Assembly: GCA_964016885.1 (NCBI GenBank)
Contig: OZ024743.1
Location: 315,456,001 to 315,520,000, forward strand
Source: Eledone cirrhosa
Lineage: Eukaryota
Direction of reading: 5' to 3'
Length of the DNA: 64,000 nt
In this document: piece by piece, positions 12,757 through 25,965 of the stretch
Layout: each line of letters begins with the position of its first letter
Numbering within the stretch: the stretch's first letter is position 1
Notes under the pieces: model-generated
What the model was told of the DNA's origin: nothing
Seen by the model: the letters and a program-made list of their open reading frames with translations, nothing else
Databases searched by the model: none
Position numbers and translations under genes: made by a program

Positions 12757-15044
12757 AAAGACGTAAAATAAGAAAATATCCTTTAAAAAAAAATTTTTTC
12801 AAAAAATTTTTTACTTACTTAAATTTTCACTCCAACTAATTAGTTTCTGCAATGGGATAAAGACAGTTACGTAATCCAACTGTCGAGAATTCATTGCGTC
12901 ATCAGGGAGTCTATTCTCAGTTAAGTCTCCAGGCAATGCGCGGACACTGGCGGCTCATATAAAAATAATAATAATTCGGTAGATCGAACAGCTTGCGAGG
13001 ACTGGATTCTATGTACCGAAATTCTCACTGCTTCAAGTCAAATGGCCGATTCTAAAGAATCAATCACGTGGCACAGAGGCTAGTTAGAAGGAATGGGATG
13101 GTAAGATGACTGACGCCTACTAACACCCCCAAAAAAAGTTTTTTTAGAAGTGGTTTTGGCAAGTTTGTTCGACAAATCAGTGATTTGGAGATAAATATAG
13201 ATAATTTAATATATCAACTAACATAAGCGCACAGATGCACGCCCATGCCAGCAAATACACAGGTTATGTCATAGTACCTAGGTGGTTCAATGCAGGAGAA
13301 TGCAGAACAATAATATAAAAGACGTAAAATAAGAAAATATCCTTTAAAAAAAATTTTTTTTTTAAATGTTTTACTTACTTAAATTTTCACTCCATCTAAT
13401 TAGTTTCTGCAATGGGATAAAGACAGTTACGTAATCCAACTGTCGAGAATTCATTGCGTCATCAGGGAGTCTATTCTCAGTTAAGTCTCCAGGCAATGCG
13501 CGGACACTGGCGGCTCATATAAAAATAATAATAATTCGGTAGATCGAACAGCTTGCGAGGACTGGATTCTATGTACCGAAATTCTCACTGCTTCAAGTCA
13601 AATGGCCGATTCTAAAGAATCAATCACATGACACAGAGGCTAATTAGAAGGAATGGGATGGTAAGATGACTGACGCCTACTAACACCCCCAAAAAAAGTT
13701 TTTTTAGAAGTGGTTTTGGCAAGTTTGCTCGACAAATCAGTGATTTGGAGATAAATATAGATAATTTAATATATCAACTAACATAAGCGCACAGATGCAC
13801 GCCCATGCCAGCAAATACACAGGTTATGTCATAGTACCTAGGTGGTTCAATGCAGGAGAATGCAGAACAATAATATAAAAGACGTAAAATAAGAAAATAT
13901 CCTTTTAAAAAAATCTTTTAAAAAAATTTTTTACTTACTTAAATTTTCACTCCAACTAATTAGTTTCTGCAATGGGATAAAGACAGTTACGTAATCCAAC
14001 TGTCGAGAATTCATTGCGTCATCAGGAAGTCTATTCTCAGTTAAGTCTCCAGGCAATGCGCGGACACTGGCGGCTCATATAAAAATAATAATAATTCGGT
14101 AGATCGAACAGCTTGCGAGGACTGGATTCTATGTACCGAAATTCTCACTGCTTCAAGTCAAATGGCCGATTCTAAAGAATCAATGACGTGACACAGAGGC
14201 TAGTTAGAAGGAATGGGATGGTAAGATGACTGACGCCTACTAACACCCCAAAAAAAAGTTTTTTTAGAAGTGGTTTTGGCAAGTTTGCTCGACAAATCAG
14301 TGATTTGGAGATAAATATAGATAATTTAATATATCAACTAACAAAAGCGCACAGATGCACGCCCATGCCAGCAAATACACAGGTTATGTCATAGTACCTA
14401 GGTGGTTCAATGCAGGAGAATGCAGAACAATAATATAAAAGACGTAAAATAAGAAAATATCCTTTAAAAAAAATTTTTTCAAAAAATTTTTTACTTACTT
14501 AAATTTTCACTCCAACTAATTAGTTTCTGCAATGGGATAAAGACAGTTACGTAATCCAACTGTCGAGAATTCATTGCGTCATCAGGGAGTCTATTTTCAG
14601 TTAACTAGCCTCTGTGTCACGTGATTGATTCTTTAGAATCGGCCATTTGATTTGAAGCAGTGAGAATTTCGGTACATAGAATCCAGTCCTCGCAAGCTGT
14701 TCGATCTACCGAATTATTATTATTTTTATATGAGCCGCCAGTGTCCGCGCATTGCCTGGAGACATAACTGAGAATAGACTCCCTGATGACGCAATGAATA
14801 CTCGACAGTTGGATTACGTAACTGTCTTTATCCTATTGCAGAAACTAATTAGTTGGAGTGAAAATTTAAGTAAGTAAAAAATTTTTTGAAAAAATTTTTT
14901 TTAAAGGATATTTTCTTATTTTACGTCTTTTATATTATTGTTCTGCAATCCTGCATTGAACCACCTAGGTACGATGACATAACCTGTGTATTTGCTGGCA
15001 TGGGCGTGCATCTGTGCGCTTATGTTAGTTGATATATTAAATTA

Positions 15045-15050
<6 letters not shown>
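12755..15050. repeat. 560-bp tandem array (3.3 units) plus inverted ~0.8 unit, retrozyme/pseudo-LTR-like
   Basis: GACGT landmark at 12760, 13321, 13881, 14441; inversion junction ~14604; bounded by (TA)n; HHR-like TCC-CTGATGA..GACAGTT-GGA in each unit. Confidence 0.9.
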
Positions 15051-15093
<43 letters not shown>

Positions 15094-15096
<3 letters not shown>

Positions 15097-15624
15097 TGGT
15101 TACACAACAATTAGTTCACCATACCGAGAACAATCGTTTCACCTTCGCGAATCTTCAGCTCGGGATGTGTATGGTTATAGGAACAGGAAGGACAACCGTA
15201 CGAACGCGCATGCGCAGAAACTCGGTCACTTCACACGGGCAATACTAGACTGCGTGCGGGGGGTGTAAGAGAGATAACTGCGAAAGTCCGGAAAGTGTTT
15301 TGGTTGAAAATAAAATAAAAAAATTAAAAATAAAATTACAAAGAATCAGTCCGGAGCCTTGTAGTTATGGAATAGATGTTTGGTGACGTGTGGACAACGT
15401 GTGAAAAATTCACTCCTCGTGTTTAGGCAATCACTATTGAGGACTTTCGCAGTTATCTCCCTTACACCCCCCGCACGCAGTCTAGTATTGCATGTGTGAA
15501 GTGACCGAGTTTCTGCGCAATTGTTCTCGGTATGTTGAACTAACTGTTGTGTAACCACTTCTACTTAACTCCTTCCTTGGACTGAGTGATCTACCACTAC
15601 GGATATTACCTTCCAGTGTTCCAC

Positions 15625-15628
<4 letters not shown>
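15094..15628 (-). mobile_element. Rearranged PLE 3' end with nested inversions
   Basis: GIY-YIG C-terminal remnant LNTRSEFFTRCPHVTK (within ORF 15346-15558); internal IR ~15212-15289 vs ~15441-15518; terminal IR. Confidence 0.75.
15124..15163 (-). ncRNA. Minimal type I hammerhead ribozyme
   Basis: CCGAG-CTGAAGA-TTCGCGAAGGT-GAAA-CGATT-GTT-CTCGG. Confidence 0.7.
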
Positions 15629-15679
<51 letters not shown>

Positions 15680-15690
15680 CACTATATATA

Positions 15691-16182
15691 TATATGAATG
15701 TATGTATGGTATATTTAGCAATATACCGTATGTTTAATTAAAAACATTTAGAAGACCATACGCTATCTGTTTTCAAGTAGTGACTATGTCACTTCTTTTC
15801 GTTAAACATACGGTATATTGCTAAATATACTATACATACATTCATGTATACATCGCTATTTGAGAGCACCAATCCTAATACCTAATTGTTGCTGGACCGG
15901 CAATCGCTCTGTATAATCCGCTCCTGATTATTACTGGAATTCTCTAAGAATCCAGCTTCTATAATTTTCGGCGTAAGAAGGGGAGTACGTGGCTCTGATG
16001 ATCGCCAACCAGCTAGAAACAGACTGTCAGCTTCTCTCCCTTCTTTCGCCGAAAAGAAGCAAGTGACATAGTTACTACTTAAAAACAGATAGCGTATGGT
16101 ATTCTAAATGTTTTTAATTAAACATATTGCCAAATATACTATACATACATTCATGTATACATCGGTATTTCAGAGCACCAAT

Positions 16183-16187
<5 letters not shown>
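15691..16187 (+). mobile_element. Non-coding ~310-nt HHR unit (partial tandem plus inverted 5' arm), homologous to 28880-29522
   Basis: AAATATACTATACATAC at 15823 and 16132; inverted arm 15691-15801. Confidence 0.8.
15991..16032 (+). ncRNA. Type I hammerhead ribozyme (canonical C3-G8)
   Basis: GGCT-CTGATGA-TCGCCAACCAGCTA-GAAA-CAGACT-GTC-AGCT. Confidence 0.8.
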
Positions 16188-16264
<77 letters not shown>

Positions 16265-17479
16265 ATATATATATATATATAATTGTCGTGGCTTTTTCGA
16301 CTTGAAATGTATAATGAAAATAATTTCCTTTACATCCTGTTCAATATATTATAAATGAAACAGCTGCATTTGGCTAAAAGATGACGTTTGGATATAACTA
16401 ATATAGGAAGTTTCCTTCGCTGTTCTGTACTATGTCAATGAACGTTCCGACAAAACACCTGTTGTTACTTCCTCATACATTTTCCTTAACATGTACTGCG
16501 AGATGTTAAATGTCTACATTTACATCAATGGAGTGTAATACAATTAATATTTCTTCACCAACGGACTTTACTTCTGTTGCGGTAGATGGTTTAGTGGTTA
16601 GTGTATTTGGCCTACGTTCGTAATATGATGAGTTCTATTCCCAGTGCTGAGTTGTCTCTTTGGTCAAGACCCTTAATTCATGCTGTTCCAATCCACTCCT
16701 CTGAGAAAAAAAGAGGTTTATGTTAAGTTCAAAGGGATAGCTTTGTCACACACTGCGTCACACTGCATGTCCCTGAGATATACGATACGTATGCATGTGG
16801 TGAGTATGTTTGGCTCGTTATTGTACGGTTGGGAGTTGGATTACCGGTGGTGTGTTGCGTCTATTCCATGTGTAAGACGCTTTATTTTACGTTGGTTTAG
16901 TCGACTCATCTGATAAAATGAAGTCGTACTGGTAGTTCAAAATGACAGCCTTGAAAGACACTATCACACTGAATCTCTCTGGGAAGTATATTATGGGTGT
17001 ACGTATCTATGAAATGCTCAGTCACTTGTGCGTTAATTTCACGAGCAGGTTTTTCCCGTTGTTCGAACTACTAGAATAGTCATGGCTGTTACTGGCGGGG
17101 GTCCAGTACGACTATTTCACTACTAGTATGATCACATGATCAGTGTAGCTCTTTTGCCAATCACAAAAGTGCAGTTGGAATGATAAATACCTTCGGTTTT
17201 TGTACCGTAGCTCAGATGTGAGAGAAATCTCTTCACGGATAAGACGGTGTCTCTACTGTCTCTCAGATGTGACACATATCTCCTCACATATAAGACGAGT
17301 TCTGTACTGTCTATCAGATGTGAAAGAAATTTTCCTATTGATATGACGGTTTCTGTACCGTCGCTCAGGTGATAATATCCTTAATAAGGCATGAACAAGA
17401 AATTTACAGCTCACACCTACGATGTTCAATCTCATAGGAGTTGTTTTAATGATAGCGTTACCAGCCTTATCATGAAAAA

Positions 17480-17590
17480 TAAAGTGAAATGAAGCGTCTT
17501 GCACAAGAGCACATTGCACCGCCAATCCAAGATTCGAACCCACGACTTTATGATCGGAAGTCCAACACTGAAACCACTAGGCAATGCGCC
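17480..17590 (-). mobile_element. tRNA-derived SINE (second family); related old copies at ~16582-16900, 17810-18110, 35970-36240
   Basis: Minus strand A-box TTGCCTAGTGG and B-box GGTTCGAATC followed by GTGCTCTTGTGCAAGACGCTTCATTTCAC. Confidence 0.7.
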
Positions 17591-18847
17591 ATTCCTTTAT
17601 AATTCATGATGGAGACTGTTTTTGTTTTTGTTTTGCGTTGTTGTTATTTGCGATAGTGTATTGTATAATGAATCCTTCTACATTTTTACCGCATTAGGAT
17701 ATGAACTAAAAAAAGATGCTACTCATATTTCTAACACCTATACGGACCGCATAGAGACTGCCTCATTGATATGTGTATTGGTACTGTAATTAAATTATGA
17801 TATATATGTGTGTTCACCCTCCTTCGGTTCCGAAGTATGGAACAGCCTGCTCGTGAAATTAACGTCCAGGTTACAGATATGAGTACCCTTTATGTAATTC
17901 TCAGGGAGATACAATGTCACACAATGTATTTCAAGGCTGGTATTTTGAATTACACGTACACCTTAGTTTTGACAACTGCTTTAACTAGACCAGCATAGAC
18001 TAAATGTCTTGTTAAAGTGTCTAGCTCAAAGACGCAACGCGCCACAACGAGTAGAACTCACGGACTTATGATCGTGAGGTGAGCCCTCTAAACCTTAAGC
18101 CACTCATTTTCACAAAGTAAGCACATTAAACGAGAATAAAAGATATCTCTATGTGATGATGAAAAACTCAACTAATTCCTCTACTTGATTTGATTTGACA
18201 AGATTATATTGCCAATTATTACACTAGCTGCCTAATAATATATACATAGTTAAGTTTTGTTCTGAATATGTGTTCAATGAAAAGTTACACTTTAGCTTAT
18301 TATTTCACACCTATTATATATTGCGGTAAAGACCAGTTTGCTTTAATGGTGTCGTCGAAAAAGATAATCACTTATCCTCTACGGCTTCCCTTTAAAAATG
18401 AACCTTAGAACGAAAGTAGAGCGTATAGTGATTCAAAGTTGTCAGTTGTCAAACTCATTAGAACGTCGGATAAAATGGTTTGCGGTACTCATTCCAGCTC
18501 TCTGCAATCTGAATTTAAATCCCATTAAGGTCAACATCTACACTCGAGTTAGGTTTATTTAAAAGATTTTCCTATTGACGTATATTTAAAGGATTATCCT
18601 ATAAATCCCATCCATAGATTCAGCAAACACAACTCAACACAGGATTTACACAATTTTTTGTATTAGTTTGTTTTTTTTCTCTTCATTATCAACAAATATT
18701 CTCCAGGATCTCCAAGTATTTTCTACTGCCTGAAGTTAATAAATATCGCCAATCCCCCCTTTCTCTCGCTCTCACTCTCACTCCTCTTTCATCTCTTTCT
18801 CTCTTTCTTTTACTCTTTATCTCTCTTTCTTTCACTATATCATTATT

Positions 18848-19027
18848 GGCAGTATCGGTAGAGGGTCGGACGCCATGCTCTTCAGCATAGAACTACGACC
18901 CTTTACGATCTGAGTTCAAATCCCACCGAGGTAACTTTGCCTTTCATCCTTACGGGGTCGATAAAATAAAGTACCAGTAAGCACCTGGATAATTGCTAGC
19001 CTTGTGCCAAATGTAGAAACAATTATT
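18848..19027 (+). mobile_element. Full-length tRNA-derived SINE
   Basis: A-box TGGCAGTATCGG, B-box GAGTTCAAATCC, central GCCTTTCATCCTTACGGGGTCGATAAAATAAAGTACC, tail GTAGAAACAATTATT. Confidence 0.9.
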
Positions 19028-19057
19028 TCGCTATCGCTTTCTCTCTATCTTTCTCCC

Positions 19058-19141
<84 letters not shown>

Positions 19142-19192
19142 TCTCTCTCTCTCTCCTTTTACTTCTATTAGCCTCACCTCCACTGTCACAAA

Positions 19193-19247
<55 letters not shown>

Positions 19248-19319
19248 TAGCGAAACAAACGGTTATTAAACAATTTTCTAAATAAATTAAAAAATGATTA
19301 AATAATCACCTGTTCAGAT

Positions 19320-19400
19320 GCTGTTACCGACGGTTTCATCATTCCAAAAGATTAGAAATCCAACGAATTTCCAATGGAAAGAAATGAATCTTCAGACAGC
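19320..19400 (-). ncRNA. Type I hammerhead ribozyme with extended stem II
   Basis: GCTGT-CTGAAGA-TTCATT...AATGAT-GAAA-CCGTCG-GTA-ACAGC. Confidence 0.82.
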
Positions 19401-19776
19401 CCTATTTCCACGCTATAAGGTATAGCAAGTAAATATTATGCTCCCTGCCCAACGCATGCGGTCAAGCCGTTAAAGTGACACACACGCAAATCAGGTCGCT
19501 GATAAAAGCTGGATATTATAAACATGTCGAATTGCCACTAAAATTAGCGGCATTATTCAACGTTTTGTTCTCTACGTAAGGAGAATAAATTATAGAAGTG
19601 GATGGATACTTCAACAGGTACAATGTACTTGTAGAAATATTCAAGTTGTTTATAATACATGTGGTTCAATGGCACTAATTCGAGATACCAGAACAATATA
19701 AAAGTAGCGAAACAAACGGTTATTAAACAATTTTCTAAATAAATTAAAAAATGATTAAATAATCACCTGTTCAGAT

Positions 19777-19857
19777 GCTGTTACCGACGGTTTCATCATT
19801 CCAAAAGATTAGAAATCCAACGAATTTCCAATGGAAAGAAATGAATCTTCAGACAGC
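19777..19857 (-). ncRNA. Type I hammerhead ribozyme (second copy)
   Basis: Identical to 19320-19400, offset 457. Confidence 0.82.
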
Positions 19858-20460
19858 CCTATTTCCACGCTATAAGGTATAGCAAGTAAATATTATGCTC
19901 CCTGCCCAACGCATGCGGTCAAGCCGTTAAAGTGACACACACGCAAATCAGGTCGCTGATAAAAGCTGGATATTATAAACATTTAGATTAAATTCATTTG
20001 ATTTATCTTAATTTTGTATATATATATATACAGGGAAGAATAATCATATTATAAGGATTTTTGAAGTTCTGGTCAACTTTATTTAGTTACCTACCTAGCT
20101 ATGTGTGGTTACACACTTGTAAAAATTGTCTCCTGTGATTATTCATGTTTATTTATAAGTTAATCAATTTCTAGTTATTATATATATATATATATATATA
20201 TAAGAAATAAAATTTCGCTTCAAGCATAGCTTCATACAAAAATGTATAGAAATTTCGTATTTCTAAAGAACATGCTTCTGCTGGACACACCATATATTTT
20301 TATATATATACACACGTATATACAGTGCGGCAACAAATATTGACCAGAATTTATGATGAAATAGAAAAACAACAGCCAATGGCAAGACAAGAGTAGAAGA
20401 TGTTTTTTGAGGGTGTTTTTTGAAGCTAACACCTCAGTGAGAAAATTTGCTCCGAAAGCA

Positions 20461-20558
20461 TTGCATGTGTCCGAAGAACCCGCAGTTATAGAATCAGGCA
20501 GATCCACACAATGATCATGTCTCGAGCTATCTGCCGGCGAAACAATTGTAACACGCAA
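20461..20558 (+). ncRNA. Decayed hammerhead (U4C) in a short element between (TA)n tracts
   Basis: GTGT-CCGAAGA-ACCCGCAG...CTGCCGGC-GAAA-CAATT-GTA-ACAC. Confidence 0.55.
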
Positions 20559-20656
20559 TAAACTGAGTCTATTATATCACACTCTGCTCTGTAAGAACAT
20601 AGAGTACTCAACTGGCATACCGCCTATGGAAGCACCATAGCTAGCATTAAACACAC

Positions 20657-20705
<49 letters not shown>

Positions 20706-20789
20706 ATGTATATATACTCTCCTTACTCAACTTGCTTTCATATTTCTCCTTGCTCCCCTTTTCTCATTGTATTAGTATATAAAAAAGTA

Positions 20790-21200
20790 CATAGATACAA
20801 GGAGAAATGGACAGCAAAGAGAAAAGGAGAGTAAGGAGAAAAGGAAAGCAAGGTGAATAAGGAGAAAAGGAGAGTAAGTCGAGTAAGGAAAAAGGGATAG
20901 CCAGGAGCGCCAGGATAAAAGGAGAGCAAGACGAAAAAGAGAGCAGAGAAAGCAAGGGTAAGAGGAGAGCAAAGCGATGAAGGAGAAAGGAGAGCAAAGA
21001 GAAAAGGGGAGCAAGGAGAAGTATGATAAAGGGAGAGCAAGAAGTGCAAGGATAAAAGAAGAACAAAGGGAGCATTGAGAAAAGGAGAGCAATGAGAGCA
21101 ACAAGAAAATGAGAGCAAGGGGAGCAAGGAAAAAAGGAGAGCAACGAGAAAAGGGGGTAAGGAGAAAAGGAGAGCAATGGAAAAAGGAGAGCAGGGAGAC
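20790..21200. repeat. Purine-rich degenerate AAGGAGAGC minisatellite
   Basis: Direct inspection. Confidence 0.85.
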
Positions 21201-21204
21201 GTTA

Positions 21205-21516
21205 AGGCAAATATTAGTCAAGTTATGCTGGAAGCAGACAAGGGTGAATACCTGAAGAGATAGATTCTGCACCAAAATGACTTTTCTTCCATTCCAATCA
21301 TCGAATCTTCGTTTTTTGTAACTCCTGGTACAAAAACTTCTTCACGAGATTTTCTATCAGCACCGATTTCCTCCACAAAGACCCTTCAACATGGAAGGAT
21401 GATCCTGATTACAGGGACTTGAAAAACTTGAGAAGACAGTTGTTATCAATGACGTTGCAGAGGTGTCAAACTCATTCAGGATTACTATAACAGTCTCACA
21501 ACTGCCACTAAATCCT
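21205..21516 (+). pseudogene. hAT-superfamily (hATm-like) transposase C-terminal remnant
   Basis: Hand translation across frameshifts DFLHKDPSTWKDDPDY..VVINDVAE(R)GVKLIQDYYNSLT; a TAGGGTG-type terminus occurs at ~23093. Confidence 0.55.
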
Positions 21517-21534
21517 CACTTATGCAAAAATAAT

Positions 21535-21652
21535 TGTTTCTACTTTTTTGGCACAAGGCCAGCAATTCCCAGTGTATTACTGGTACTTTATTTTATCGAC
21601 CCCGTAAGATGAAAGGCAAAGTTAACCTCGGCGGGATTTGAACTCAGAATGG
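21535..21652 (-). mobile_element. 5'-truncated SINE with target-site duplication
   Basis: Direct repeat CACTTATGCAAAAATAAT at 21517-21534 and 21653-21670. Confidence 0.9.
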
Positions 21653-22162
21653 CACTTATGCAAAAATAATGTTCAATATTTGGTGTTCATTATTCACATA
21701 ATGTTTTTGATTCTATAGATATTGTTGTTGTAAATAAAAATACGTTTCTCTGTACAGTCAATACTTATTAGAGTGCTGTTGAAGTGTGTATATATTTTGG
21801 GACATTCTCTCTCTCTATCTATCTCCCTCCCTCTCTTTCTCTCCCTCTTTCTCTCTCTCTCTATCTCTCTCTCTCTATATATATATATATATAAACGGAA
21901 AATATGAAACGAAATTTCATTTCTCACTCTGAGTACGGCTGTTACTTAAACATAAGTATGTATACGTACATACATATATGTATACAGACGTACAGTAGTA
22001 TGTATATATATATATACATACATGCACACATATATATATGTACGTATGGATTCACCGAACATTTATTATAATGGTCGGTGTGTTTGTAAACAAACATCCC
22101 GAATTAAGCCGTACAGTGTCTAGCAACCATCGTTACTCATTTGTTCAACACTGACAAAGGAA

Positions 22163-22203
22163 CGCTGTACTAGTTTCAAGCTTATTAGCTATCGTCAGCA
22201 ACG
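22163..22203 (-). ncRNA. Minimal type I hammerhead ribozyme
   Basis: CGTTG-CTGACGA-TAGCT-AATA-AGCTT-GAAA-CTA-GTA-CAGCG. Confidence 0.85.
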
Positions 22204-22594
22204 TATACCTTCCTGCCAGATGATTGAACGTCTGAAAGTATATACTTTCCTTATGCATTTTAACGGCTGACCAGCCTAATTTGCATATCGAGTGAGTTAA
22301 TCGGCCGGGCGCACCGAAAATGATAAACAGAAAAAATGAAACGAAATTTCATTTCTCACTCTTAGTACGGCTGTTACTTAAACATAAGTATGTATACGTA
22401 CATACATATATGTATACAGACGTACAGTAGTATGCATATATATATACATACATGCACACATATATATATATGTACGTATAGATTCACCGAACATTTATTA
22501 TAATCCTCGGTGTGTTTGTAAAAAAACATCCCGAATTAAGCCGTACAGTGTCTAGCAATCATCGTTGCTCATTTGTTCAACACTGACAAAGGAA

Positions 22595-22635
22595 CGCTGT
22601 ACTAGTTTCAAGCTTATTAGCTATCGTCAGCAACG
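22595..22635 (-). ncRNA. Minimal type I hammerhead ribozyme (second copy)
   Basis: Identical to 22163-22203, offset 432. Confidence 0.85.
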
Positions 22636-22714
22636 TATACCTTCCTGCCAGATGATTGAACGTTTGAATCTATATACTTTCCTTATGCATTTTAACGGCT
22701 TAGCATATATATAT

Positions 22715-23070
22715 ATAACAGCTAGTATTGTATTAACATATAAATAAACATATGAAACAATCGCAGGGGATAATTATATAAGATATCTATTTTATATTAT
22801 TAAGGTATCTATTTTTGAAGTTTCTAGTTAACTTTATTTAGTTACCTACCTAGCTATGTGTGCTTACACACTTGTAAAAATTATCCCCTGTGATTGTTTC
22901 ATATGTTTATTTATATGTTAATCAATTTCTAGTTGTTATAAAATGCTCGGGTCTATTCATTAGTATCTTGAAGCTTATTTTACGTGTGATATGGCGTATG
23001 CCTCTATGGCATGACACCCTTAATTTTGATTTAGATTAAATTCACTTTGATTTATCTTAATTTAGGATAT
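22715..23070. mobile_element. TA-inserted foldback fragment; relatives at 19981-20180 and ~31745-32185
   Basis: Shared TTAGTTACCTACCTAGCTATGTGTG..AATTATCCCCTGTGATT; 22715-22778 is inverted relative to ~22878-22940. Confidence 0.65.
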
Positions 23071-23388
23071 AGATATATATATATATATATATTAGGGTGT
23101 CCCCTATTTTTCTACTTTCTAAAAGTTTAGCTCCCACCCTATCATGTTCCAATTAACAAAAACCAGTCCTCGTAAAACTTTAGCTCAAGCGGATCCTCAT
23201 CCACCGTAAAATTTTGGAGTTTTCGCGCGGAAAGTCATTTTTTCAGATAAAAGCTTTTTATCTCTTATATAATTTTCTCTTAAATTAAAAACTGGATATA
23301 CATATACATATATTATATTGATTAAATAAATATTATATTAAATAAATATTTATATAATATATGTATATACATATACAATATATACATT

Positions 23389-23874
<486 letters not shown>

Positions 23875-23909
23875 GTATATATATATACATATATATACAT
23901 ATATATATA

Positions 23910-23954
<45 letters not shown>

Positions 23955-24106
23955 AATATATAGTATATGTATATATTTATATAATATATAGATATATATT
24001 ATAGAATATATTTATATAATATATAGATATATATTATAGAATATATTGTATATGCATATATTATATGCATATACCCTCCCACAGTATAACAATATATATA
24101 TATATA

Positions 24107-25278
24107 TATTGTTATACTTTGGGAAGGTCATGTTGCTAATAAGAAACACACGCACCATGCTTTCACGCCAATTTATTATAAATTATAAATTTAAGAAATT
24201 TGTAAATTTCCGGTTGGTTGGTTGGTTGGTTCCACAACCGGACGGTTGTTCATATATTGTCAAAGTCATTTTGTCACACATTCTGTGACGTCTTCACTGA
24301 CTAGGGATTCTTTTTTTTGTTTTGTGTCTCTCCTTTGTTCTGTCCTACGCCATCTTGTTTTTGTGTGTGTTGTATGCTTAGTTTACGCATGTGTTACATC
24401 CGGTGAACTAGAGATGAATTAGCTTACAAATTTAGAAGGGCCCTAGACAAACTTAAACTAAATTAAGATAGTAGAATGTCCATAAAAACACTTATTAGTA
24501 ATACATACACTTTTCAAAGACCTGCCTATATAGATAAGAAATGCATAATCTGTAAACTAAGACCCCATATTAACTGCAAAACTAGAAATGTAGTATATAG
24601 CATAAGTTGTACTGAAGGACAATGTAGAGATAAGAATATAGTGTACATAGGTGAGACGATTAAATGAACACTGGCGAGAGCTTCATGATAGAAAAGAATC
24701 ATCAGTACTCCACCAACAGGCTAAAATAGAACATAAGAGCAAATTAGAGAACATAGAAATAAAATCTACACACAGAAAAGAGGCAATGTTTACACAAATC
24801 ACAGAGGCAATAAACATAAATGAACTCCAACCAAAATTAAATAGAAAACATGAATGGAATAGCAACATCACAACTTACAATTAAGGACAAAATGAAAACA
24901 CACACACATAGAACAAACAACCAACCAGTAACATGTGAATAAATAAATAAATAAACAAATAAAAATACGTTTGTAACACATGTGCAAACTAAGCACACAA
25001 CACACACAAAAACAAGATGGCGTAGGGCAGAACAAAGGAGAGGCACAAAACAAAGAAAAGAATCCCCAGTCACTGAAGAGGTCACAGAATGTGTGACGAA
25101 AGAACTTTGACAATAAATAAACAACCATCCGGTTGCGGAACCAATAAACCAACCGAAAATTTACAAATTTGGTGCGTGTGTTTCTTATTGGCAACATGAC
25201 CCTCCCAAAGTATAACAATATCGGTTTCAACACACGTTTTCAGATAAAGAATCTTGCTAAACAAATTCAGAAACGATA
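24107..25278 (+). mobile_element. Truncated PLE: GIY-YIG domain between inverted pseudo-LTRs
   Basis: CIICK..NCKTRNVVYSISC...YIGET / RLNEH..SSVLHQQAKIEH..EAININELQPKLN (24476-24884); 24107-24398 is inverted relative to ~24973-25220. Confidence 0.88.
25069..25111 (+). ncRNA. Minimal type I hammerhead ribozyme in pseudo-LTR
   Basis: GTCA-CTGAAGA-G-GTCACA-GAATG-TGTGAC-GAAA-GAA-CTT-TGAC. Confidence 0.68.
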
Positions 25279-25301
25279 CATATATATATATATATATATA
25301 T

Positions 25302-25474
25302 ATAGGAAAAAGTATGACCCCGACGGCAGAGCTCAAGCCGTTTCGACGGCTATTTCTGTCGAAACGGCTTGAGCTCTGCCGTCGGGGTCATACTTTTTCC
25401 TATGTCCCACTCTACTAAGTATTGTGTGCTCTGGTGCGTCATGGTCCATCTGGTTCCTTACCACAATTCCTCTG

Positions 25475-25478
<4 letters not shown>
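25302..25478. mobile_element. Foldback terminal fragment of the family of the intact PLE (3' half of its HHR); another piece at ~56549-56590
   Basis: ATAGGAAAAAGTATGACCCCGACGGCAGAGCTCAAGCCGTTTCGAC and its inverse plus a ~75-nt tail homologous to 62805-62883. Confidence 0.85.
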
Positions 25479-25536
<58 letters not shown>

Positions 25537-25808
25537 ATGGCGTTCATATACAATACAACAGGAGGAACATATAATAGCACCACTGATGCTGTTGCAAATG
25601 TGCAACGAAAGAACTTTGTTAGACTATATATATGTGTTTATATCTACATTATATCTGTTTTTTTTACCGTTGGTCAGTCAATGGTAAACATTGAGGACCG
25701 AATGAATTAACTGATATAAAAGATACAGACGCGAAAACCAACCAAACAGAGAGTGTGTTCTGTTATTAATTCTGGCAATATTATTACAACAATTTGACCC
25801 TCCCCAAG

Positions 25809-25847
<39 letters not shown>

Positions 25848-25869
25848 CTGTGTGTGTGTATGTGTGTGT

Positions 25870-25965
<96 letters not shown>

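Larger units (their letters stand above)
19241..19982 (-). mobile_element. Retrozyme-like partial tandem, 457-bp unit, two HHRs
   Basis: 19241-19525 repeated essentially identically at 19698-19982; no ORF. Confidence 0.85.
21893..22700 (-). mobile_element. Retrozyme-like tandem, 432-bp unit (~1.9 copies), two HHRs
   Basis: Unit starts ~21893 and ~22325; flanked by (TA)n; no ORF. Confidence 0.85.

Noticed and set aside
12755-14604. Possible CRISPR-like array
   Set aside because: Whole 560-bp units repeat with no unique spacers; eukaryotic context; no cas genes
18848-18930. tRNA gene
   Set aside because: A and B boxes are present but there is no cloverleaf, and it continues into a multi-copy SINE body
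20738-21275. Leu/Phe/Ser-rich membrane-like ORFs (also 52919-53747 and 35506-35941)
   Set aside because: Reverse translations of purine-rich simple repeats
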